Below are positions 9,225-19,777 of a DNA stretch of 64,000 nucleotides, piece after piece. The notes beneath the pieces are model-generated. The model was not told where the DNA came from and did not search any database. It saw only the letters and a program-made list of their open reading frames with translations. The stretch comes from Nitrospirales bacterium (GTDB taxonomy: Bacteria; Nitrospirota; Nitrospiria; Nitrospirales; UBA8639). The stretch lies in the NCBI GenBank assembly GCA_963555755.3, contig OY820905.2, positions 2,880,001-2,944,000 of the forward strand. Direction: 5' to 3'. The first letter of the stretch is position 1, and every line of letters starts with the position of its first letter. The position numbers were made by a program, and so were the translations under genes.

Positions 9225-10262
9225 TTACGTCCCGATCTTTTCCAGCGCCATGCGGTTCGCTACAATGAGGGGAGGGAGCCGATCTCGTAAGGATTGCGTC
9301 AAGATCTGCTGAACCGTTCGTTGGATATTTCCTATCCACGGAGCCACTCGTCGCTGGTGTAACACTTCTCGGACCACGAGCTGGATCAGCCCCCCGGCAT
9401 TCAAGACGTAATCCGGCACGTGCATAATGTTTCTTCTCATTAAGAGATAGGGATCGCGCTCTTCATCCAGAAATTGGTTATTGGCTCCTCCGGCCACAAT
9501 TCTGGCTCGTATTTGAGGGATGGTCTTGGCATTTAAAATCCCTCCCAAGGCACAAGGAGCAAAGATGTCCGCCGGCACGCGATGAATCTTCGATAAGGGC
9601 ACCACGGTGGCATTCCAGGATCGTTGCGCTCGGGCTGCTCGTTCCGGCTGCAGGTCCGCTACGATCAGTTTCGCGCCGTGTTTCACAAGGAGATCTCCTA
9701 AATACCATCCCACATGGCCGACCCCCTGGATCGCCACCACGCGGTTTTTCAGGTTTTGCGACCCAAAGACGACTTGGCAGGCGGCTTGCATTCCTCCAAG
9801 CACTCCCTTGGCTGTCGACAGGGACGGATCCCCGCTTCCCCCATTTTTTCCTGTGGTTCCGGTGACATGGCGGGTCTTCTCCGCTACGACATCTAAATCT
9901 TCCGGTACAATCCCTGAGTCCTTGGCGGCTATATATTTTCCCTTTAGGGAATCAATGAGCATTCCCATTAAGAGCAGCACGGATCGGGTTTTCTCTGTTC
10001 CTGGATTTCCAATGATGACAGCCTTCCCTCCTCCAATCTGTAAATCGGAAATGGCCGCTTTTTTGCTCATCGCTTGAGCTAAGCGAAGCACATCTCGTAA
10101 GGCTTCCTTCTCATTCTTATACGGCCACATGCGGATACCGCCGAGGGACGGTCCCAGCCGGGTGGAATGCACCGCTATGATTGCATGGAAATGGGCAGAG
10201 GGATCTGTTCCGACTACAACTGTTTCAAATCCCTTAATCTTGAGGTGTTTGGTCGTGAGCAT
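9225..10262 (-). CDS. ldh: Leu/Phe/Val dehydrogenase
   Basis: IAVHSTRLGPSLGGIRM, GGGKAVI, GDPS, VAIQGVGHVG, APCALGG, GGANNQ, PDYVLNAGG. Confidence 0.9.
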   Translation of the reverse strand: MLTTKHLKIKGFETVVVGTDPSAHFHAIIAVHSTRLGPSLGGIRMWPYKNEKEALRDVLRLAQAMSKKAAISDLQIGGGKAVIIGNPGTEKTRSVLLLMGMLIDSLKGKYIAAKDSGIVPEDLDVVAEKTRHVTGTTGKNGGSGDPSLSTAKGVLGGMQAACQVVFGSQNLKNRVVAIQGVGHVGWYLGDLLVKHGAKLIVADLQPERAARAQRSWNATVVPLSKIHRVPADIFAPCALGGILNAKTIPQIRARIVAGGANNQFLDEERDPYLLMRRNIMHVPDYVLNAGGLIQLVVREVLHQRRVAPWIGNIQRTVQQILTQSLRDRLPPLIVANRMALEKIGT

Positions 10263-10346
10263 TTTTTTATTTTAGGATTCAAGATTATTTTAAGCTGGAT
10301 TGGGTCTTAACACAAAGGGTGCCCTTTTCTGTGAGCAGGTCAGTAA

Positions 10347-10427
10347 GGGGGCAATTCTTTTGTCGACTCATTTACATCTTTCCCTCCTTTCCGCATAGCA
10401 CACCGAAGAGGAAAGCCTCCGCCGAGC
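10347..10427 (+). repeat. ~80-bp direct repeat, copy B
   Basis: Aligns with 9119-9196. Confidence 0.75.
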
Positions 10428-10517
10428 AGAAGGTAGGGAAGGAGGAAAAGTCTCGACTTAATACCTTAACTTTCTTCTGGTCCATCCTATCGTGTGTTAA
10501 CTATTGGATGAATACAA

Positions 10518-10555
10518 CCCCTCACCCCAACCCTCTCCCCACAGGGGCGAGGGAG
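10518..10555. repeat. REP-like palindrome (CCCTCACCC-AACCC-TCTCCCC...GGGGCGAGGG type), uninterrupted copy
   Basis: Same motif occurs interrupted at 12584 and 28606. Confidence 0.7.
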
Positions 10556-10674
10556 ACTGAGATGTCTTAGTTGAAAGTTAAAATACTATATGATGTGGAA
10601 TCAATCGGCCTGGTGAAATGTTGAGCCAGACTCAGGAAAGCCAGCCATGGCTCGCTCAAGCGAAAAATATATTA

Positions 10675-10817
10675 AGGGCACCTCAAAAAACCGTCCTTTT
10701 CCGTGATGGCGGCGTCAGCCGCGTGCTCAAATCCTCATGTATTCGCCCCTACACTCCGGTTTTCCGCGCGCGGCTTCCTTGCCCTCACAAAAAATACCTG
10801 ATTTTTTGAGGTGCCCT
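10675..10817. mobile_element. 143-bp MITE
   Basis: TIR agggcacctcaaaaaa / ttttttgaggtgccct; near-identical inverted copy at 25983-26125. Confidence 0.9.
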
Positions 10818-10883
10818 TAGGTCAAAACCTGACTCTATGACTTTTCAATAGATTATTTATTAGGATTTCGTAGGGTTCAGAGT

Positions 10884-11990
10884 TTAACCCACCATTGGCA
10901 AAAGATAGCGGGTATATTTTCGCTCACCAGTCTTCATCAGTGCGCCTTTTTCAACAAGATCCTTCAAATCTCTTGTCGCGGTCGCCCGTGAAGTATCCAC
11001 AATTTTTATATAGTTTTTAGCGCTTAAGCCACCTTTGAAACCTTCAAGACCTTCGCGAAACATACGGGCAAGAATTTTCTCCTGCCGCTCATTAAGTTTG
11101 CCACGCAAGCGATCATAGAGTTTGGCCTTTTCAATCAGGAAGTCTACGGACCGTTGAGTGTATTCCTGCGCATCCAATATCGTTTGGGCAAAATAGACCA
11201 GCCAATCCGAAATGCCTAAGTCCTTATTATTCTCTTCGAGTGTTTGGTAGTACGCCTTTCTGGCAGAATTGATTGTCTGGGACAGGGCAATCAGTGTCGG
11301 TTGCCCAAGACATTGCGACAGTGCTTTTTCCGCAATCGCCCGCCCAATTCGCCCATTTCCATCTTCAAAGGGATGGATACACACAAAGTACAAATGGGCA
11401 ATACCAGCACGTGTCAATGGCGGGAGAGCTTGATTGGCCTTCGGGGCGGTCACATTAAACCATTTGATAAATCCATTTATTTCCTTTTTGATCTTTTTCG
11501 AAGGCGGCGCTTCAAAGTGAACTCTTGGGCTATGGACTGGACCTGACACGACTTGCATTGGTTCTTTATGAGTTCGATACCCCCCTCGGACTGTCAAATC
11601 GCGACGGCCGCTTGTGAGCATATCGTGCCAGGCAAACAGCTGTTCATGTGATAACGGAGCTTGGTAATTTCGATACAAATCGACCATCATATCCGCGATG
11701 CCCTGTTCCCCTTTTGAAACTTTTCGTTTCGGAGTGGCAAGACCAAAGTGGCGTCGAATGGAAGATTGCAGAGAATCTCGGCTAAGAAATTCTCCTTCAA
11801 TCTCAGAGGTTTTTAGCGCTTCATCACTGATGAGACTTACCGTAAATTGGGTTTTCTCATTCTCATCAAAATACTTTAAGGCACCCGACAATACTCCAGA
11901 CCGATGCAACAGTTGTTTTTCGTATTCAGCCAGGGACGTCGCATCATACGAAAAATCCGGCCATTTGGGTTCTTGCCAATTCCACGTCAT
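10884..11990 (-). CDS. Fic-family protein (DUF4172 N-terminus, C-terminal HTH)
   Basis: HPFEDGNGRIGR Fic motif; WNWQ.P.WP.F start; TSRATATRDL. Confidence 0.92.
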   Translation of the reverse strand: MTWNWQEPKWPDFSYDATSLAEYEKQLLHRSGVLSGALKYFDENEKTQFTVSLISDEALKTSEIEGEFLSRDSLQSSIRRHFGLATPKRKVSKGEQGIADMMVDLYRNYQAPLSHEQLFAWHDMLTSGRRDLTVRGGYRTHKEPMQVVSGPVHSPRVHFEAPPSKKIKKEINGFIKWFNVTAPKANQALPPLTRAGIAHLYFVCIHPFEDGNGRIGRAIAEKALSQCLGQPTLIALSQTINSARKAYYQTLEENNKDLGISDWLVYFAQTILDAQEYTQRSVDFLIEKAKLYDRLRGKLNERQEKILARMFREGLEGFKGGLSAKNYIKIVDTSRATATRDLKDLVEKGALMKTGERKYTRYLLPMVG

Positions 11991-12147
11991 GAGTTATAGC
12001 CTCAATCTCTATAACTCATAATATAGCTTAATTTTGAGCTATAGAAAAGAGGTATTCGACTCAGAGTGTTTTGGAATTACGGGCAGGTTTTGCATTGCCA
12101 TACTCAGAATGACAAAGAAAGACTGCACCCTATTCCGACGTGGGAAA

Positions 12148-12444
12148 CTACATTTCCTTCATTTCCACGACTTCAACTTGACCGATTGCAAGGTGCGGGC
12201 ATGCCTTCGTCATTTCAACAGCCGCCTCCAGGCTTTCGGCTTCCAGAATGGAAAACCCTGTCAGTTTCGCCCCACCCTCGTCTGATACACCATCGGCGCT
12301 CACGATCTTAGCCTGTCCCAAGGGCATGCCGGGCATGACCACGGCTTTGCCAAGCCCACCGACCCACTCCATAAACTTCCCCATGTGTTCCTCAAGGTTT
12401 TCAGGGATTTCCCCACCGTGATAGGCAATGAAGTACTCAGGCAT
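12148..12444 (-). CDS. YCII-related protein
   Basis: LTGFSILEAESLEAAVEMTKACPHL...VEVVE; RBS ggggag. Confidence 0.75.
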   Translation of the reverse strand: MPEYFIAYHGGEIPENLEEHMGKFMEWVGGLGKAVVMPGMPLGQAKIVSADGVSDEGGAKLTGFSILEAESLEAAVEMTKACPHLAIGQVEVVEMKEM

Positions 12445-12583
12445 TACATTTTCTCCCCTTTCTTAATTTCCGTTGGTAAGTCCCTCCCACTGATGCGAGC
12501 AGGCTTACCTGGAGAATCTATGGGTCATGGACCTGAAATATTCAACAGACTCATAATAGTATTTTTACTTCTGGAGAAGAAAA

Positions 12584-12687
12584 CCCTCACCCAAACCCCA
12601 AGCCTTCGCCGAGCCTCCTTTGTCGGAGTGGCTACGGAGGCTGAAAGCGGCTTCGCGCAGGCAGGTTTCCCCAGAGGGGCAAGGGAG
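12584..12687. repeat. Nested REP-like palindromes
   Basis: Outer ccctcacccaaaccc|tttccccagaggggcaagggag with a GC-rich insert. Confidence 0.7.
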
Positions 12688-12922
12688 AATAGGGATATTC
12701 CATTGAAAATGAAAAATATATACCCCGTATGGAGTTTCCATACAAATTCACACAATGGAATCCATTTTTCAGGTGTCAGGAAAAATAAGGTTTGAATGGG
12801 ATGGAAAATCGTACAGGGGCTACCCATTGAAGGATGAACTTTGCTATCCTCATAAAACACCACTGCGGAGAATTGATGGCTACACGGTAGGCTTCTCGAC
12901 TCCCCATTTTTCACTTAACCCT

Positions 12923-13882
12923 ATGAAAGAGTTTTTTACGATGAGTAACTGCAAGAAAATTTTTGGGCTCTTTTTCAGTGTGTTTTTACTTGGGAGTCCA
13001 ACAAGTTGGGCCTATACCGAAATCCCCGTAACCGATGGTGGATCTGTCACGGGACAGGTCAGGATGAATGGGACTGAACCCGACCCCCTAGCGTATAACC
13101 TGGCCCTCTTTCCCGACCCTGCATTCTGTGGGCGAATTTCCACGGGGACAGGCTGGCGATTGTATGACCAGTTCCAAATTTCATCGGAAGGCGCTCTTCA
13201 AAATGCCATCGTGATATTGGAGGGCATTGATCAGGGTAAACCGTTTGAACTCCCTCCTGCTACCGTGGAAGCTAAAGACTGCATTTTTTCACCAAGTGTG
13301 CTCGTCGTGCGTGATCATCAGGAAATTCGTTTTATTAACATGGATCCAGTCGTGCATGATGTGCAAATGTACGAAACGGCTCCCAGTGGGTCTTCCATTA
13401 TCTTTCATCGCCCGCTTCGTATGAATCCCTACCATTCTCTCAAAGAACCCCCAAACCATGATCATCGTTCGGGTGAACCAGTAATTGACACCTTTCATTT
13501 CACCAAGGGGCGGCGCATCTTTTTGGCTGAATGCGGGCAGCATCCCTATATGCAGACTTGGGGGCTTTCCATCACCAATCCCTACTACGCCATCACCGAC
13601 GCCGAGGGGCGCTTCACCATTTCCGACATCCCGGAAGGTGTGTACTCCTTGGTCGCTTGGCATCCGTGGATTGGCGGAATTCTCCAAATGGAAGTCGTCG
13701 TGTTAGCCAATGATACCCTGAAAACTCAAATTATCTTTGACGCTCCACCTGAAAAAAATTCCTCCCATACAACCATGGTGAAAAACCCTCATTTTACCTT
13801 TGAGGCTATCGGGAGAGACGGCAAACCAGTTCCAGTCGTTATCCCTGATCACGAGGTCCAGGATTCACATCATCAACATTGA
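12923..13882 (+). CDS. Exported protein with carboxypeptidase-regulatory-like and cupredoxin-like domains
   Basis: Signal peptide ending SWA-YTE; NMDPVVHDV and CGQHPYM motifs; TDAEGRFTISDIPEGVYSLVAWHP; start 12923 or 12941. Confidence 0.75.
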   Translation: MKEFFTMSNCKKIFGLFFSVFLLGSPTSWAYTEIPVTDGGSVTGQVRMNGTEPDPLAYNLALFPDPAFCGRISTGTGWRLYDQFQISSEGALQNAIVILEGIDQGKPFELPPATVEAKDCIFSPSVLVVRDHQEIRFINMDPVVHDVQMYETAPSGSSIIFHRPLRMNPYHSLKEPPNHDHRSGEPVIDTFHFTKGRRIFLAECGQHPYMQTWGLSITNPYYAITDAEGRFTISDIPEGVYSLVAWHPWIGGILQMEVVVLANDTLKTQIIFDAPPEKNSSHTTMVKNPHFTFEAIGRDGKPVPVVIPDHEVQDSHHQH

Positions 13883-14061
13883 AGCGGATGAGAACACAGA
13901 TCGGAAGCAGACCGACTCGGGCAGGATTGACAATCCGTGTGAGGAAATATCCTCTGAACTTTCATGGACCTAACACGCTCTGCAACGCTCAAACGTGATC
14001 TACCAATCAACAAAAACCGACATTGGCAGACGATTCCGTCTTCTCACACGCCCGCGTAGTT

Positions 14062-14676
14062 TTAATCACCAGGTAAGGGAAAAGAAATAATTATCCCACC
14101 CATCACATCCCCAAGCTTGTAATCTCGCTTGAAACTCAGGATATGACCATTGTGGCAGTTGACGCAGGAAGTTGAGACAGCCTTATCCGGATAGATGGCT
14201 TTGAAAAATTTTCGATCTCCTCTTTCAATAATTCCGGTATAGGGCTGAGAAGGATCTTTAGCCACAGCTGTCAATCCGGTACGCTCAAAATCTGTTGTGG
14301 GCCCATTTTTTTCATAAATAGGTCTGAGGCTTGCCAGGCGATATTGCAGGCCTAATCCCATTTCTTTGACCTTCAGTCCAGACAACAGAAGCATTTGTGC
14401 TGGAAGAGGCAGAGCTTTTCGCTGCCTCCAGGATTCTGCAGCAATCACGATTTTGTGTTCCACCATCCGTTCGACCACATGAGTGGCATACAGAGTTCGG
14501 TCGGCTTCAATCACCGCATGAATAAAATCAGCCACTGTCGAGGGGGGAACCCCCTTTGCCTTGGAAGATGGTTCTGCTCCACAAACTGAGGATCCAATAA
14601 CACAAATGGCCAGAACCCCAACCAAAGCCCTCCACATCACTCGTTGTGTCATCATGGTTAATCCTCCTTTTTTCAC
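14062..14676 (-). CDS. DUF3365-type monoheme c protein
   Basis: Signal peptide, LPLPAQM, CVNCH heme motif, GDVMGGIII. Confidence 0.82.
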   Translation of the reverse strand: MKKGGLTMMTQRVMWRALVGVLAICVIGSSVCGAEPSSKAKGVPPSTVADFIHAVIEADRTLYATHVVERMVEHKIVIAAESWRQRKALPLPAQMLLLSGLKVKEMGLGLQYRLASLRPIYEKNGPTTDFERTGLTAVAKDPSQPYTGIIERGDRKFFKAIYPDKAVSTSCVNCHNGHILSFKRDYKLGDVMGGIIISFPLPGD

Positions 14677-14765
14677 CCAATGGATACCCAGACTGAATAG
14701 GTCATCCTAAAGAATGTGTACATTCAGGCCACGAGAAGACTTCATGGCAATTTAACGACAACCAC

Positions 14766-15683
14766 TTAACGTTTTTGATGCTCAACGATAGGAACAATTT
14801 TGGAACCGCCTAATAATTCCATGCCAAAACGAGTTCCATCCAACGCTTCATTGGCATAGAGGCGTCCTTTGGGAGCATCGATCTCAATGTTTAATTCACT
14901 TGTTTGATTTTCTTCAATCGTCACTTCGAATTCTTTCGTGATCATGGGATGCCACGCCTTCACCTTATACGTGCCTGGTGGAATCTCCGAAATCGTATAT
15001 CTTCCATCAGTTCCGCTCAGGGCATAATAGGGGTTTTTCACGGCTAACCCCCAACTCTCCATGTAGGCGTGGAATCCACATTGCATCACAAAGATATCCC
15101 GACCTTTTCTCATCTTGACTTTTTGGGTCAATATTCTACCTTCTCGATTTTTGACGTGTTTCCCGGCCATCAGATCCTTTTTACGTCTTTGCATTCGATC
15201 GCTGACTGGTAACGGCAGATTAAAGAGGACTCGAGCACCAAGATGTGAGGTTTCATAGGCTTGAATGTCATGCATCACAGGGTCCATGTTGACAATCTCA
15301 ACATTATGTTTTTCACGAACGATCGTAATGTACGGAAGAAATTTGCAGTCGACGGCCTCAATACGTTGAGGCGTATATTGAAACGGCTTTCCTTTTTTTA
15401 TCTCTTTAATCAACACCACAACATCTTTAAAACCATTTTCCGACCCAACATTAAACGGTTGCAATAATCTCCATCCAAAGCCATCGGAAATTCGCCCACA
15501 ATACACGGCGTCAGGAAAGGTGACCAGGTTATACCCTTTGGGCCTAGGAACGTCCCCGTTCAATGTCACCACTCCTGTGAGCGTGCCACCTTTTTCCACA
15601 CGTATTTCTTCATAGGCCCTACTCTCTGAAACCAAGAGAGACAGTCCAAAAATTAGCATGACAAAAACTACTAGGCGTTTCAT
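14766..15683 (-). CDS. Exported paralog of 12923-13882 (carboxypeptidase-regulatory-like/cupredoxin-like)
   Basis: FPDAVYCGRIS.G.GWRL shared with paralog; NMDPVMHDI, CGFHAYM. Confidence 0.8.
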   Translation of the reverse strand: MKRLVVFVMLIFGLSLLVSESRAYEEIRVEKGGTLTGVVTLNGDVPRPKGYNLVTFPDAVYCGRISDGFGWRLLQPFNVGSENGFKDVVVLIKEIKKGKPFQYTPQRIEAVDCKFLPYITIVREKHNVEIVNMDPVMHDIQAYETSHLGARVLFNLPLPVSDRMQRRKKDLMAGKHVKNREGRILTQKVKMRKGRDIFVMQCGFHAYMESWGLAVKNPYYALSGTDGRYTISEIPPGTYKVKAWHPMITKEFEVTIEENQTSELNIEIDAPKGRLYANEALDGTRFGMELLGGSKIVPIVEHQKR

Positions 15684-16118
15684 AAATACCTCCGCAATGA
15701 GTCATAAACTGGTTCAGCCCCCTATTGTACCAAATCCCCCTCTCAAAAAAACGGGGGAGCCGGACTAGGTCCCCAGGATGCGCTTAAATAGGGGAAGTCA
15801 TCGGTATTGGCTGTCAGTCCACCGCCCCTTTATTCATGAAGATAATGGCCCACGGCTTTCGTGAAACGGAAGACGGGGTTGGATAAAGAGGGGTCCCCTG
15901 CCGTCTCCCATATCACGATTTTCTCAACAGTTGGTTCCTTGTGCATTCCTTTGGTACATTCATGGGAACTCAGGTATTTAGGTTGAAGACTGAAGGCTAT
16001 CACTCATCACGTCACGCTCGGAGGAAGCCAGTTAAGACCTTCTCGGTTTCGGCTAAAAGGCTTCCTCCTTCAGTCTAACCACCTAAGTCACCATTCATGA
16101 AACTTTCTGACGTCTGAA

Positions 16119-17246
16119 TTGCCAAAAATGAAACAAGGTCCCGCCATTTTTCGAGCAGTCGGTTTGACTTCTTTGCTGTGCGTCACCTTCTTGAGCGGGT
16201 GCGCCTCGCCGGTGGCCCTCCATCGAGCCGTGTTGGAATATGATTGGACCGTGAATCGGATTGAGACAGAACTTTTACTTCTCAATATTGCTCGAACGCG
16301 GTACCACGAACCCATTCATTTCACTGTCGTCTCGAGCATTGCCGCCACGTTTGATTTCCGCGTCAATACCGGTATCATCGGAGTGTTGACCCAAAGCCCT
16401 GGCATGGATTCTCTCTCACTCAATTTAGGGGCTTCCGTAGCGGAAAATCCAACGATCAGCATCATCCCCATTCAAGGCAAAGAATTCGCCAAGCGGCTCT
16501 TAACGCCGATTTCCGAAAATACCATCAAATTTTTGTCGCACCAGGGAATCGACCCGGCCCTCCTCCTTCGCCTGATGGCGCGTGGGATGCTTCTGAAAGA
16601 CGACGAGGGCCAACGACGCTTCTTATTGAACCAGCCCCACCGGAAAAAAGAATACCGGGAATTCCGACAGCGGGTGATGCATTTGTCATGGTTACAGTCC
16701 GAACGAAAATTGTTTGTGGGCCCACTCCAATTGAACGAAGGGTCGGAGCGGAAGACCGGACGTAGTGTGATCACGAACTATGATCCCGACAAGCTTTCGC
16801 ATCAGGAACGACAGGATTTAAATAATCAAGCGGAGCGATTTTCTCTCGATCATATTTTGGTCGATATTCGGAAAGGGCATCCAGGCGGGGATTTCCCCAT
16901 GTTTGGCGAAATCCAATTACGCAGCTTTAGATCCATTTTAGGATTTATTGGGCGAGGGATTGCCCAAGATCAAGAATTTCACGTAGCCCCAGACTCGAGA
17001 ACGAAATCCGTCTCTGTCAATCCAGCAAAGACGCTGACCATCCTAGAGTCAAACACTCAACCTGATGAAGCCATCGTATCGGTCCAGAAACGAGGACTGT
17101 GGTATTACATTGAGCAAAAATCCCCATCGGGAGAATTGGAAGATCGGTGGAACCACGAAGCCTTCGATGTCTTATACCAACTGTACCATCTCACCGTGAC
17201 CGATATCTCTCAAACCCCCACGGTGCCCATTACCATTGCCAAATAA
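16119..17246 (+). CDS. Hypothetical lipoprotein
   Basis: Lipobox LSGC; 375 aa; LLLNIARTRY.EP.HF. Confidence 0.7.
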   Translation: MPKMKQGPAIFRAVGLTSLLCVTFLSGCASPVALHRAVLEYDWTVNRIETELLLLNIARTRYHEPIHFTVVSSIAATFDFRVNTGIIGVLTQSPGMDSLSLNLGASVAENPTISIIPIQGKEFAKRLLTPISENTIKFLSHQGIDPALLLRLMARGMLLKDDEGQRRFLLNQPHRKKEYREFRQRVMHLSWLQSERKLFVGPLQLNEGSERKTGRSVITNYDPDKLSHQERQDLNNQAERFSLDHILVDIRKGHPGGDFPMFGEIQLRSFRSILGFIGRGIAQDQEFHVAPDSRTKSVSVNPAKTLTILESNTQPDEAIVSVQKRGLWYYIEQKSPSGELEDRWNHEAFDVLYQLYHLTVTDISQTPTVPITIAK

Positions 17247-17304
17247 ACTCAGCTCCGCAACGGGCGTTCGAAATCGATCGGAACCCCTATCATCCACAAC
17301 GCCT

Positions 17305-17673
17305 TTATTGCAGCGAACGGAACACGGCCAGCAGATCACTGATTGCCAACGTTTTAATTCGCAACATTTCTCGATCTTTCGCGAGTTGATCGTTCATTCT
17401 GTTATCACTAGCCCGTTCAACGCAATTCGCTCCCAATTGTAAAATTCTTTCAGATTCAGCTTCCACTTTATCCTTAACGACTCGATTACTGGCGAGCAAT
17501 TCAGTAGCCTTCGCCCGGGTCGCCTTTAAATGTTCTTGAAATTCCGATTCTGGAAAGGCTTCCTTCGCAGCTTGATCATGGCACCGATCCAAGTATTGAT
17601 TCAGTAAGACGTATAATCGGAGCACGGTCTCGGTGATTTGAATAAATTGGGCATTTTCATCTTGAGAAGACAT
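17305..17673 (-). CDS. Hypothetical helical protein
   Basis: MSSQDEN... start after aaggag RBS inside the 17305-17751 ORF. Confidence 0.6.
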   Translation of the reverse strand: MSSQDENAQFIQITETVLRLYVLLNQYLDRCHDQAAKEAFPESEFQEHLKATRAKATELLASNRVVKDKVEAESERILQLGANCVERASDNRMNDQLAKDREMLRIKTLAISDLLAVFRSLQ

Positions 17674-18036
17674 AAATTCTCCTTTCATTTGGCCAGCCGT
17701 TGGTATGATCAAGAATTGGGATCGAGCCCGTTTCTCCTTTGAGGGATACAACTCACCATTAAGGTTATCCCAATTTGAACTCCTAGGAAAGAGAAGACGT
17801 GAAGAAAATACTCTAGACTGTCATATAATACGGTTCTGAATCCTCAAAAATTATGAGAATATCTACAAAGTTTTTGATAGCTCTGTAGCGGGATGCACCA
17901 TACCCCGTCATACCATAGAAGATCTTGATGCTCATTTGCTGTCAGGAAACCTCCCCTATATAGTAGATTTGCAAACCAAGGAAAATGGGCGGTGCGGCGA
18001 ATCGATCACAGTCTCAATATCCCCCTGAATTACTTA

Positions 18037-18198
18037 GGAGCCTGTCCGAGATTAGCGATCGTCACGAGGATGTGCGGGTTTGAGTCAGATGTTTCGATCG
18101 TTTGAGGCGAATAGTTGGACTATTCACCGAAAAGGATCGGAAGATCTGGCCAAATCCAGCGCATCCGCAGTAGATTCGTCTAATCTGGGACAGGCTCC
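18037..18198. mobile_element. 162-bp MITE with IS1182-type ends
   Basis: ggagcctgtcc / ggacaggctcc in ttag/ctag context; same ends as IS at 40463-42126. Confidence 0.88.
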
Positions 18199-18419
18199 TA
18201 GACAAACGGCTTCAGGAATTTCCAACCGATCGAAATATTGTGGTGCATTGTTCCAGTGGATACCGGTCTTCCATCGCGGTAAGCCTGCGACACCATACGG
18301 GTTTCCCCCATATCAAAGTTTTAATTTGCGGATTTGTGGCCGGGGACCACAAGGCCATGAATCCTTTTTAAGAGCCTGCTGATATCTCCAGATAGGCAGG
18401 AGGACGATACCGACACATC

Positions 18420-19679
18420 ATGCGTACGAACTTAAAAAAAATTGGGATCCTAGTAGGCGGCGGACCGGCTCCCGGCATTAACAGTGTCATCGAAGCCGCT
18501 ATGCTTCGTGGCCTTTCCGAAGGCCTAGAAGTCATTGGAATTGTGGATGGCTTTCACTGGCTCATGCAGGGGGACACGGCTCATGTGATACGGCTCACGG
18601 CAGACACAGTACACCGCATTCATTTCCGCGGTGGATCGTTCCTGAGAACTTCACGAGCCAATCCCACGAAGGATCCGAAAGATCTTGAAACGACGTTGGC
18701 CTCCCTACAAAAGCTCAACATTTCAGGATTGATCACCATCGGCGGGGATGATACCGCCTCCTCTGCCATGCAACTGGAACGCTTAGCCGAAGGTTCCCTT
18801 CAAGTTGTCCATGTGCCCAAGACAATCGACAACGATTTGTGTCTCCCGCATGGCATTTCGACCTTTGGGTTTCAGACCGCACGGCACCTCGGGGTGGAAA
18901 TCGTGAAGAACCTCATGGTCGACGCCCATACCACTTCCCGCTGGTATTTCGCCGTAGCCATGGGCCGTAAAGCCGGTCACCTCGCCCTGGGAATTGGGAA
19001 AGCCGCGGGGAATCCCATCACGATCATTCCCGAAGAATTTCACCATCGCACGATCAGACTTGCTGACTTGTCCAACGTTCTTCTTGGCTCAATTATCAAA
19101 CGCCTGAGCCAAGGACGATCAGATGGGGTTGCGGTGTTAGGAGAAGGCCTGCCGGAACTCTTGAGCCCCGAAGATTTAGTGGAAGTTGGGAATGTCGAGC
19201 GTGACGAACATGGGAACATTCGATTTGCCGAACTCGATATTGGACAGGTCTTGAAACAGACCGTTCAACGAGAACTCAAACAGTACGGAATTAATTTAAC
19301 CATTGTGACCAAAAACATCGGTTATGAATTACGATGCGCGGACCCCATTCCTTTCGACATAGAGTACACTCGCGATTTAGGCTACTGTGCCGCACAATTT
19401 CTCCTCGATGGTGGGAATGCCGCGATGGTCGCCATCGATACCGGAAAGTTTACGCCTCTTCCCTTCAAGAATATGTTAGACCCAAAAACCGGAAAGGCGA
19501 AAATCCGGCTTGTGGATATTGAGTCCGAATACTACCTAATCGCCAGACAATACATGGTACGGTTGGAACGTGAGGATTTTGAGTCAACGGAAGCAGCGGC
19601 AAAGTATGCGCATCTTTTAAAGATGTCACCTGAAGATTTTACCAAAAAATTTTGCACCTCATTCGAAAGGGAAAACTGA
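18420..19679 (+). CDS. pfp: Phosphofructokinase, probably PPi-dependent
   Basis: GGGPAPGIN, GGDD, PKTIDND, MGRKAG, GYELRC. Confidence 0.88.
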   Translation: MRTNLKKIGILVGGGPAPGINSVIEAAMLRGLSEGLEVIGIVDGFHWLMQGDTAHVIRLTADTVHRIHFRGGSFLRTSRANPTKDPKDLETTLASLQKLNISGLITIGGDDTASSAMQLERLAEGSLQVVHVPKTIDNDLCLPHGISTFGFQTARHLGVEIVKNLMVDAHTTSRWYFAVAMGRKAGHLALGIGKAAGNPITIIPEEFHHRTIRLADLSNVLLGSIIKRLSQGRSDGVAVLGEGLPELLSPEDLVEVGNVERDEHGNIRFAELDIGQVLKQTVQRELKQYGINLTIVTKNIGYELRCADPIPFDIEYTRDLGYCAAQFLLDGGNAAMVAIDTGKFTPLPFKNMLDPKTGKAKIRLVDIESEYYLIARQYMVRLEREDFESTEAAAKYAHLLKMSPEDFTKKFCTSFEREN

Positions 19680-19777
19680 AATGCGTAAAGCCTAATAATC
19701 GCTAATACAATAATTAAGTAGTATGAGGCGACAGAGCAGAATCTGTTTTACTAGAAAACCTTAAGAAGACGAAAAAG

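Noticed and set aside
10618..10809. Near-identical small ORFs here and at 25973-26155
   Set aside because: Translations of the same 143-bp MITE, not a gene family.
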